From positions 1,860,001 to 1,924,000 of the forward strand of contig NEEC01000018.1 of assembly GCA_002189035.1 (NCBI GenBank): a DNA stretch of 64,000 bases. Direction: 5' to 3'. The notes under the pieces are model-generated. The model was not told the origin of the DNA. It saw only the letters and a list, made by a program, of their open reading frames with translations, and made no database searches. This document shows positions 39,594-50,600 of this stretch, in pieces. Numbering within the stretch: position 1 is the first letter of the stretch; every line of letters begins with the position of its first letter. A program made the position numbers and the translations under genes. The DNA is from Utricularia gibba (taxonomy: Eukaryota > Plantae > Magnoliophyta).

Positions 39594-40841
39594 TACACGG
39601 CACCACCACCCTTGGAATATATTGGAACCATCGCCATCGCCATCGCGCGACCCGACCCATGACGATATATATATATACAAAAATATTCCATACTCTCTGA
39701 TTAACTTAACAAAGTTTTCGATAACACTCATCTATTTTGTTTATCAATATTTAAAAAAAATAAAAAAACTAGATATATGTAGTCATAATTATAACATTTT
39801 TTTAAATATATATCCTATATAATTTATAAAGTATACAATGAATTAGTTATCTATTTATACTAATTTAGTATTTTAAAAACATTTATTTCTTGTACTCGTA
39901 TTCATTAATAGTTCATAAATTATACTTTTTTGAATAGTTTTGATGAACGTCATTTAGCTTGCTTGAAGTATTTTTCATTCTTTCGATTTGAAATAAACTA
40001 AAGAGCAATATACGATATTATGTTTACAATTTTTTTATTGATATTTTTTATATAAGTACCTTTGATCACTCCTAATTCTTGATTCCATTGAGTGCATAGT
40101 CCACCGTCAAACTATTTCAAAAAAAAAAAAAACTCTATTTAATTACATTCAACCAAAACATGTCGAATTGATTCTATGCATCTCATGCATTCCTCACGCA
40201 TACTGTATACCACTCACCTATTAATTTAATGGATTTGGACTATAACCTTTGTGCTATATAAATACTTTAAAAACATTTTTATTATTAATTACAAATGACT
40301 TTTGCTTTAAAAGGAATAGAAATTTTAGAAATATATTTTTTATTTTTATTAAATTGAAGAGATCTTATTTCCATTTCATTAAAATCATTCATCCCAAAAA
40401 AGAAAACCAAAACAAGGATTTGGGGCATGTGAATGTGGACAAGTCAAAAGTCTCCTGAATTTAGGCTTGTCGAGTAACTAATAACATTATTTTCAGAATA
40501 TATGATATTTGAGGGCCGAGGAGTGATCAAACTTCACACCTGAAAACGGAAAAACAATTAATATTTTCTACCAAACTCCCTGGATATAAAAAAAAACATA
40601 GATAATTTATAAATAATGAGGTGGCATTTAATTATCCTTAAAATATATTACAGTTATTTTATTTTATTTTTTTTGTATTGAAGCACGCCGTAGAGATTAG
40701 ATTAAGGATTGTGAAGTTTAAGTATTGAAAGTTTAGTGATGATTTTGATGCTAAAGTCGTCAGAGAAAGCATTTTCAAAGAGCATCCGGAGGAAAGCTCT
40801 GCGACGGTTGCGGAGGAGAAAAGACCATTAACGGCCTCCTC

Positions 40842-41780
40842 ATGCTTCCGTTTTTCAGTTATCTTCTACCTGGTCTTCTCTTCATCCATGTTTCTCCGGC
40901 ACCCGGCGGCGCCCCTGTATCCGGCGTCGCGGACCTGAAGACCTACTTTAGCCGTTTCGGCTATCTACAGGAAAGCGTAGGGTCCGATGATTTGTTTGAT
41001 GATCATCAGCTCAAGACGGCTTTGCTTTCGTATCAGAAAAATTTGGGGTTACCGGAGACAGGGAAGCTCGATTCCGAGACTATGACGGCGATCGGAACGC
41101 CGAGGTGCGGGGTCCGCGATTCAGCGGAGGCGAAGACGCCGCAGCGGTACGCCTATTTCTATGGGCAGCCTCGGTGGGTACGCAGTTCGCCGATGACGCT
41201 CACGTACGCCTTCTCGCCGGCGAACACGATCGATTATTTGAGTCCGAAAGCGGTGAAGGCAGCCTTCGGGAGGGCGTTCGCGCGATGGTCGGAGGTTATC
41301 CCCGTGAATTTCACGGAAATTGAGGACTACATGATGGCGGACATAAGAATCGGATGGTACAGAGGCGACCACGGCGACGGCGAGGCCTTCGACGGCGAGC
41401 TCGGTGTCCTGGCGCACGCGTTCTCGCCGGAGAACGGACGGTTTCACCTGGACGCCGCAGAGAGATGGGCGGTTGATTTTTCCAAGGAGAAGTCGAGCAC
41501 GGCGGTGGACTTGGAATCGGTGGCGACTCATGAAATTGGACACATCTTAGGGCTGGGCCATTCCTCGGTCAAGGAGGCGGTAATGTACCCGAATTTGAGT
41601 CCAAGAACCAAGAAAGCGGACCTCCGAATCGATGACGTGGAGGGGATCCAAGCCTTATACGGGTCGAACCCGAACTATCAGTTCGACCCACGGGCCGAAT
41701 CGGATATATCTCTGGGTCGGGTCATTCATTCGACATGGACATGGAAAGCAGTCGGCCTCTTGCTCGTCGCCCTCTGGTAA
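40842..41780 (+). CDS. Plant matrix metalloproteinase (At1-MMP-like), intronless
   Basis: Signal peptide, PRCGVRD cysteine switch, HGDGEAFDG, HEIGHILGLGH zinc-binding motif, AVMYP Met-turn and a hydrophobic C-terminal tail. Confidence 0.95.
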   Translation: MLPFFSYLLPGLLFIHVSPAPGGAPVSGVADLKTYFSRFGYLQESVGSDDLFDDHQLKTALLSYQKNLGLPETGKLDSETMTAIGTPRCGVRDSAEAKTPQRYAYFYGQPRWVRSSPMTLTYAFSPANTIDYLSPKAVKAAFGRAFARWSEVIPVNFTEIEDYMMADIRIGWYRGDHGDGEAFDGELGVLAHAFSPENGRFHLDAAERWAVDFSKEKSSTAVDLESVATHEIGHILGLGHSSVKEAVMYPNLSPRTKKADLRIDDVEGIQALYGSNPNYQFDPRAESDISLGRVIHSTWTWKAVGLLLVALW

Positions 41781-42042
41781 ACGTTGTCGTGGTGGCGGTC
41801 ACCCTCGCATAGGAGAGAGGTGGAATTGTACAGATACACGATACTGCTGCTATAGGAACTCGAATGATCCGTTTGATGCAGGGATCAAGTCGGGTATAGG
41901 GACGTCGGTTCGACCGCGTTGCGGAGGTGGACTGGAGAAGCGGCCTCTACTTGCTCGTCGCTCTCCGGTAAACACTCCGGTAACCTGGTTGTCGTAGTGG
42001 TATAGATAATAGAAATGCAATGGAATTGTACATAATGATACA
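41658..42042 (+). repeat. Degenerate ~190-bp tandem duplication of the MMP 3' end
   Basis: Copy 1 is 41658-41839 and copy 2 is 41851-42042. Shared blocks include CTTGCTCGTCGC(C/T)CTC(T/C)GGTAAAC, GTTGTCGT(G/A)GTGG and TGGAATTGTACA. Confidence 0.8.
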
Positions 42043-42603
42043 TGGAACACAAGTTGTAGAATACTCAAATGCTTGTTGTATTGCTGATTTGCGTGCGTAT
42101 TCCCACTAATCCGACGCAGGATTAGAGAATATAATTCCACTTCATTGAAAGGGCAAGCTCAATGCTGATTCATCGGTGTGTGTGGGTAAGTAGCCATTAG
42201 AAAAATCCCCCATTCAATGATCAGTAACCCCTTTTTGGGGTTCTTGTCGGGTACTTCTCTCTCTCTCTCTCTCTGGAAAGCCCCTTCCGTTGTTTTTTTC
42301 TGGAGATTCAGATTCAGTTTCTTCTTGACGAACCTTGTCTGCTGCTCACCCGGACGGTACAGAGCACCGCCGTTGGGTAGGGATGCGTTTACCCCAAAAT
42401 CTTCTTTTCCGTTTGATGATTCATGGGTTATGGGAATCTGGGTTCTTTTGTATCTCGTGAAAAGTGTTGAGGACATTGCCGGCGTTTTAGGCTTTCAGTT
42501 CGTCGCTTTTTTTTTTTTTTTTTTTTTTGTCTTGTGACCGTGACTTGCGAGTAATTAGGGCCATATTTACCCAGCTAGAGGCCTCCCTCTCTTGCAGGAA
42601 AAG

Positions 42604-45600
42604 ATGAAACGGGGGGTCTGTGGAACTTCGAATTTCGGATACACATTGTTTACACGGAAGCATTTATACTTCGCTGTGTTTCGCCGAGGGTTCTTTAATC
42701 AGCCAAAGGTCTCTACTTGCAGCGATGGTAGCAGTAAGAATAGTTCCACCCATGGTATTAGATAGCCATTACTACACACAAGTTTTTTCCATAAAATGTC
42801 CCATTGGATATATCCTAGTCTAAGTTGCTTAGGTTTTTATTCATTGGCTAACCCTTTACAGCCTACAGCTTCCTTGCTGTTTTGAGTAATATAGTTCAAG
42901 AGTTCTTCTGTGCAGGTAATTCTTTTGTAATTCCGGGTGCAACTGTGGCAACATTGCTCATGCTTGGTGTTCTTCATATGCGTCGCATGTATGATGATAA
43001 GAAGGTATTTTCTCTTTGTTAGCCTATTTAAATTTCAGAACTTTTTTCAGTTATGATATTATGCGGATACTGCTATTATAGTATTGTATTTTCACTTTAT
43101 TAGTCTCGGTTCCAGTTTACATGCCTCTTACAAATTCCTTTAATGGTAGCAAGGGTCGACAAACTTTACAAATGTGTTATTACACCACAGAATGAAGAGG
43201 CATCATTTGTTCCTCAACTGCTTTTCTTTCAGCATTACATATTTGTTCTTTTAATATTAGTTCAGATGCATTAGACGTGCTCTAATCATGAGGTCTAACA
43301 GATTGAAGAGGCCAGAATCAGAGGCATTGAATTAGATTTCCACCCTGATGTTAAGGTGATACCTAGTTTTTTCATTTGTTAATGGGTTTTTTGTTTTATA
43401 ATGGTATGTAACTTGCAATCTTCCACGAATGATAGGCTGGGTTCCTTCAATTGCTACCATTGCGCAGTATTTCAAGGTTTTGGGGTAACTTGGCTAGTAT
43501 GGTGAGTGCAACTATATTTTCGTGTTTAGATTTGGATATATAACGATGGTACAAGAGTTTTTTTTTCTTTGCCTAGGAAGTTCCTCTCTGGTTAAGATCT
43601 CATTTATATAAGGCTTGGGCCCGGGCATTCCATTCTGGTATGTATTTCACTGATGTGGTTTCCAGCATGGCAAAAACTTATATGTGACTCTTGTTTGGTA
43701 AATATGAACTGTTATGCATAAATTAGACATACAGGAGTCTGAGCTTCCCTTAGAAGAATACAAATCGCTACAGGAGTTCTTTGTTCGCAGGTTGAAGGAG
43801 GGCATGAGGCCGGTTGATCCTGATCCTCATTGTCTGGTAGCTTATTACTAGATTATGAAGACTATATGTTAATTTTATGTTTTATTTTAATAAAGCTACA
43901 AACGTAGGTGAGTCCTGTAGATGGGATAATCCTGAGATTTGGGGAGTTAGGTGGGTCTGGAGATATGATTGAACAGGTGAAGGGCTTTTCGTATTCAGCT
44001 TCTTCACTCCTCGGTACCAATTCGTATCTTCCAATTGCTGCTTCGAGTAACTGTGATGAAGATAGAGCTGTGGGAAGCAGTTCTCCTATGGATACTTCTC
44101 GACAGTCTTGGTGGACTGTTTCCTTGGCTTCTCCAAAAGTTAGAAATACTTCATCATCCAGGTAGTTCAGAATTTCAATTACCAACAGGCATATTTCTTA
44201 TTCACTGAAATGTGACAATCCATTTCTTTCGAAGCCATTCAGTCATATTCAATATGAAAATGCATCATGCAGTTCTGAAAATGAATGGATACATTGCTAT
44301 AACTAAGATTGTTTTATAAATATTTCGGTTAAGCTTGCATCTCAAATGGCTTTTTACAGTTTTTATAGGTTCTGTGAACCTCTTCAGGTTCACTTTTTTT
44401 GCAACGGAAATCTTTTTATTTTCTTCTATATATCTTACAGACCAATAAAAGGACTCTTTTATTGTGTAATCTACTTGAGGCCCGGTGACTACCACCGGAT
44501 ACATTCCCCAGTTGATTGGAACATTCTTCTGCATCGCCATTTTGCTGGTAAGATACATTGCTTGTTCCAGTTTGTGCATTCTCCTGCCCCCCAGAAAAGT
44601 ATCAAGTCTCTTCTAGTTGGATGTTAGTTTTAGGACTATTCTCTCGTAGTAATTTTTTTAATCCATGTCTCAATTCTCAATCTCTTCATGGCTTCATCGT
44701 ATCTTTTTATTGTAGGCAACTTATTCCCAATGAATGAGCGTGCAACAAGAACCATCAGAAACTTGTATGTTGAGAATGAAAGGGTAATCCTTGTCCCATG
44801 ATTGGAATATATCTATATTTTCTGCATTAAGATTGTGGCAAAACAGTTTTCAGCATGGATGATGAGTCGTTTACTGATCCCACTTAATCCTGATGATAAT
44901 CAGGTAGTGCTTGAAGGTAGATGGAAGGAAGGTTATATGGCGATGGCAGCAATTGGAGCCGCGACCATTGGCTCCATTGAGGTAAACTATTTTACATGGC
45001 TTCATTTTTGTCGAAATGATTGTAACAGCAAAACTGCAAGTTTGGTATTTAAAAGGAGTTCTTGGTGCCCTGCTGACACTAAGAGATGTGTTTAGTTCAG
45101 GTGTTGAGACCCATATGTTCAACATCTGTGTTTCCAAGTTTCGATTTTTCTGCCCCATCAAGTATACTGCTATGCATCATCTGCATGTGGTTCTCAGAGC
45201 GTTGCCAACTATTCTTGAGGGAAGCATGACACTTGATTTCTTGTAATGGCAGCTTTTTGTTGGACCAGCTCTAAAGACGAATAAACCCCAAAGAAAGATG
45301 CTTCAGAGAGAGCCTCCAGAGGAATGCTTCTATGAACCTCAAGGAACTGGGTTGTTGTGTAGAAAGGGAGATGAGGTAACTTACTTGCAGAAAGGGGATG
45401 AGAAATTTTATGGTGCTAAGCAAGCACATCACACACCACACTCACACACCACACTCAATTTCTACTTAAGGTGGGATTACTTGAAGGCTTCCTCGGTCTT
45501 TGGTGTCACAGCCCTGAGCCTATTGAATTTTTTTCATGCAGGTTGGTGCTTTCAACATGGGGTCGACTGTTGTGCTCATCTTCCAAGCCCCAACCACAAC

Positions 45601-45697
45601 ACAACCTTCATCTACTGTAACATCTGAGTTCAAGTTTTGTGTCAAGAAGGGACAAAAAATCCGTGTGGGAGAAGCTTTAGGCCGGTGGGGTGAATAG
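42604..45697 (+). CDS. PSD1: Phosphatidylserine decarboxylase proenzyme 1, mitochondrial, 12 exons
   Basis: Basic N-terminal presequence, [58 protein letters not shown] and FNMGSTVVL (self-cleavage site). The Asp/His/Ser triad is present. Confidence 0.95.
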
Positions 45698-46161
45698 AGT
45701 GGCCAGTCGTCACTGTGATTCCCTATGGGTACCCCCACTTTCTACCAAAGCATGCCCCTTCAAATTTCTGTTCCATTTGATTCATTCTGCCTTTCAAGGT
45801 TATCTCAAGGTTAACAAGAAAAAAATCACTAACCAGGGCAGCTTTGTTGTACTCATTTACTACCAACAATAAGCATGATCAACAATGGATTGAAATGCTT
45901 TATCATAAAGCTCAACCACAGTAGGCATCCAAATGTGTTGCCACAGAATATGCAGCACTGGAAAATCCAGAAAGAGGGCAATAATCACAGAGCTAGACAC
46001 AACAAACCATGCAACATTATGTCGAACCATCTGAAGATTTTCCATGAATCTAAATGGTTAAATCAAAGTAGAATGTCTGTTTACCTTAACTGTTACATGT
46101 ACAAGAAATCGAATATTAGTCTTCAAGTTTCGTAGATGTGATCTCCAGCCACCCGGAACTA

Positions 46162-46532
46162 CTAGATCAACACCTTGTTCCTACAGATGCATAGAAACCA
46201 AAACCAATAAGCAAAACTGCTAACATCTAACCATGAAAGATGCCAAATTTCCCAACAGCCAACACAGTTAATCACACACATTCAATCGTCGTCATAAATC
46301 ATCGGCTCCAAGAACAAATTAAGAACTGAGTCACTCAAACATGCTTCAATAAAATCATGAGCCGTTATCTAATCAAGTGAGAAAAGCACACCTACGTCTG
46401 TTTGGGGTAAGAAGAACCAGAAGGAACTCTTTTGTTCCGAAACATCATGTAGCCCACAGGAAACACCACGCCCAGTATCATCACCATAGCTCCGGTCAAG
46501 AACCTCGCGATGCTCGGGGACTCCACCTCCAT
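46162..46532 (-). CDS. Small single-pass membrane protein of unknown function (51 aa spliced; 46 aa if the intron is retained)
   Basis: MEVESPSIARFLTGAMVMILGVVFPVGYMMFRNKRVPSGSSYPKQT, then a GT-AG intron (46395-46181) and NKVLI*. It resembles a conserved plant microprotein recalled from memory, not searched. Confidence 0.75.
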
Positions 46533-47622
46533 AACCAAGCCCCTTCGAAACTGCATCCAGTCAGAGTTCACATCTGTTGAGCTAAACAGATCCACGCCAA
46601 ATCGAAACCGATAGAATTGGATCCACTTCTCGTAGTAAAATGGATTGCGCTCACCGGCATTGTAGATCAATCAAATCGATCACTTGCAGTAACAAATATG
46701 GAGACAAAACAAAGAGTTCTCTTTCAAATGCCTTTCCCTGCTCCTCTTTTCATTTCACGAACAGCTTCATCCGATCGCTCGCCGTCGCAGTCAGCTCCCC
46801 TGTCTTCCCTATTCGATTTTCTTTTTTCTTTTTTTAATTCTTCCCTGCTTTTTTTTTTACCGGAAATGCCCCCACTAACTCAGCATAAATACTCGTGCCG
46901 ATGTGTCCCTTTTAATGCATTGATTTTTTTGAAAGTGCGGTTTTTTTTTCCCTTTCCTCACGAAAGCTTCTCGCGTGCGCACTCCTAGCAACAATCGCTT
47001 GTGCTCTCTGTGTTGTCGAGTTCATAGTTGGAGCCGCTGGGGTTTGATATGCGGAGGTGAAGGAAGTGATTGCTTAGTTTTCTGGAGCATGAATTGGAGG
47101 CGCTAGGGTTATGAAGGAAGGAGCTGTTGATTTGCTAGGGAATAAAAGGTGAGCTTCTCGTCTTCGGATGGAGGGAGGTAGCGTGTCTACACTCATTTTT
47201 TCTGGTACTCTTCATTTCCTCTTTTCTTTTCCTTTTTTTTTCGTTTTTTTTTCTCTTATGGATACGAGTTACATGTTTATGAGCTGGCTCGTTTGTGTAG
47301 AGTGCATTTGTTCGAGGCTGTAGATAGTCTTTCGTTTGTTCTCTTGGTGCGTTTTTGTGTTTACCGTCTTTCTGGAGCCGTCAGCAGCTGATAAGGTTGG
47401 AGAACGTCTGGCTTGTTTCCTGTATTCCTTGTATCTGCTGTTTATCTCTTTAAGCATGGGAAATTTTTGTTCGAGATGTTTTGGACATTATGATTAGTTG
47501 GCCAGGGATTTGGGATTAGTTTGATCTTGTATTCGTATTCTGTTTATCTGACTAGGTAGAACATCTGTTAATCGATTCACACGATTTCACACTGGATTCT
47601 TGGAATTTTCAGGGATATATCA

Positions 47623-50600
47623 ATGGACTACGATGACAATGACTTCGAAGGCCACGAATTTCATTTAGCTGGTGAAGATAGCTCTAAAGTTTCTTCTGTT
47701 TTGAGACCATTTCCGCTGCCAAAGTTTGATTTTGATGGCAGTATTAATGGGCATTTAAGATTTGACAGTTTAGATGAAAACGAAGCTTTTTTTGGTATTC
47801 CAAGCCACCAAGACAATAACTGGATGGAGGAGTTTTCTCGTCCAGGTAAGGGAGTCGATTTCAGCTCTGGGGAACCAGAATCCTATTCTTTGTCTAGTCA
47901 TATGAATGTCTGGTCTGAAGCAACTTCGTCTGAATCTGTAGAAATGTTATTGAAGGCTGTTGTCCAAGAAGAAACAAATCCAGATGAAAATTTGATCCAG
48001 GATTCGAGTACATTAAATGAACAAGGTACTTCAACTGAAGAAATGGATAACCCCTTGATGAAATGTGATACTAGCAATGATTTTAAATGCGGAAATTCCT
48101 CATTACCTCCTACCAACGTTGAAGGGGATTTTTCCACACCCATTCATCGCACAGGAGTTGTGGGAATTCTTGCAGAAGATAATTTTGGATCTCAGGCCTT
48201 GGAGTGTTCTTGTGAAGCACTTGTAGGTGCTGGAGAGGGTAATTTAGTGGCAGTGACTGAAAGTTCTATTATGATGTTGAAAACAGACCGAGATCTTGAA
48301 AAGGCTTGTGCCATAGAAAATGAAGCTGCCTCTATTCCAGTGAGCGAAAATTTTCCGGTTCAAGGGAAATTGATTGATAACAAGGAATCGTCATCTCAGG
48401 AAATTGATGCTATAATGGAATCTACTGTCAAAAATGAGGATATTGATAGAACAATCTCTGTGGAAATAGACACCACAGAACGAGACTGTTCTGTTAGATT
48501 GCCCTCAGAAGAAGAATTTAGAGTCAAAATTCCAGATTCTGTGTGCGAGGAAGCTCCTTCTAATGATGCTGATGGAGCATCTGTAGTGGAAATCGACATA
48601 AGCAAGGATGTTGCTGTAGACACTGAAATAGGTGGTTATGTTTCACATGGAACTATGATTCTCTCTTCTGCAACAGACGTTAATCAGGTCTCTGAGGATT
48701 GTCAAAAGGATGCCAGTGAGGTTGATGATCTCTTTAAATCCAAAAGTCCCAACATTACAGATAAACTCTCTCGTGAGGAGTCAATGTTAGATGTTGAGCA
48801 AGATTCACGCAATATCAATACCATGCAGGAGAGTGCCATGGGGCATGATCATGATTGTAATGTCATGGTGGACACTATCAGGCAGCCATCTACCGGAAGC
48901 ACCCTTAACTTGAGCTATGGTATGTGCTCTTGTATATCGAACACTTGCATCTTTTGATTGGGACTGTTTACATCCCACTGCATGCATGCTATCTTAGTTC
49001 TCACCTTACGTTATGGTGCAATGATTATTTCAGATGGTTGTGACAAAATTTTGGCATCATCTGCTGAGGCGTCAGAGATGCTTCATATCACTGGCGCTGA
49101 GCTGCAATGTCCTGAAGCAGGAAACAGGGATCGAGGTGGTGGAACGCCATCTCAAGCCCCTAACCAAACCGGTACTTTGGTGGTGGAGTGCTTGTGTTCG
49201 AACGAAACAAAATTTGATGCTGAGAATGTGGTAGTTCATGATTCTGTGGCTGTGGAAACAATGAAGGGCGGAGAAGCCAATTATTTTTCAGAGAATTCTA
49301 GTCTTTTAGGTCCAAATGAACCCTCTGGTGAGGTGAGCAAAAAAATGGAATCATCCAACAACGGCTCAGTAGCAATTCCGAAAGGTGCAAGTGCGGAGAT
49401 TGAGAAGAAAGTGGAGAAAGAGGTAGAGAGTAATGATAAGGGGAACAATTTCTCAGGTGAATTATCTTATATTTTGCATGAACATGTTTATCCTTGTCTG
49501 CATTGCACATATATACATATTACAATTTGTGTTTGCTATTTGAGTAAGCCCATGGATGGGATGCTTCTTTATTGCAGTTGGTCATTCTGGGATGGAACAA
49601 AATAAAACCACTGAAACTTCACCTGATCCAGTTTGTGATGTTGATATAGACAAGCAAAATCCCATTCAGGGAAATAATATCGAAATTGATAAAATTTTGA
49701 TGGATTCAGAGCCTTCTGAAGTATACACTCCTCATGAAGAAGGGAGAGGCGTTAATGATAATGACAGGCATATGGTTCCTCAGTCCAGACATGATTTTGG
49801 AAAATATGTACATTATCCCTCAACTCAAGCTTGTAAATTGTCCTTGAGAGCTTCTTTTCTTACGAGCTTATGGTTTATTCTTCTTTTTTGACTGGATAAC
49901 AGGCATCTGGCAGCAACGAGGCAGATGATTCAATGTCCAACGTAGTTTCAAACTTTAGCTTCCCAACCCCTAGCCTGGGCTCCTCATCTGAAGATCTTAG
50001 AGCTTCTTCTAACCGCAAATCTAGGCATGGCAGCAGTAAGTCCACTAGGGGAGGTGCAAAAAGAGAAAAGCAGATGAAGGAAACAACTCCTGTGAGGCAG
50101 GCAGAATTAATGCAGAAATCATCGCATTTTGTGAGTCCCTTCGGGTCTGGCCACATTGTGAACATCGATGCCAGCATTAACCCTAGGGGAGCTATACCCA
50201 TCGCTGCATCCGGCTTGCCTGATCGTAATAATACATCTTCTCCTTCACCTGCACTTTTTCGGCAACCTTTCACTGACTTGCAGCAAGTGCAACTGCGTGC
50301 TCAAATCATAGTCTATGGATCTCTTATGTAAGTGTCACAGCAACCACTTTACACCTTTTATGACTTCCATTTGTTTTTTGATATGCTCAGGGATGTTAAA
50401 GAAGAAATTGAAAGCTGAAAACTGATGAAACTTTTTTTCTTCGAAACTTATTTGTTTTTCCTTCTCTTACAGACAAGGAGCAGCTCCAGATGAGGCTTGC
50501 ATGTTTTCAGCCTTCGGTATGCCAGCATAAATCTACCCACTTTAATGCTCTGTTATTTTGATTTTTAGGTCATATGGATTTTTTGCGACAACAGAATATT

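Noticed and set aside
41105-41543. Overlapping alternative-frame and antisense ORFs inside the MMP gene (similar ones in EXO70B, GT47 and SWO1)
   Set aside because: These are expected by-products of codon bias in real exons, with no independent motifs.
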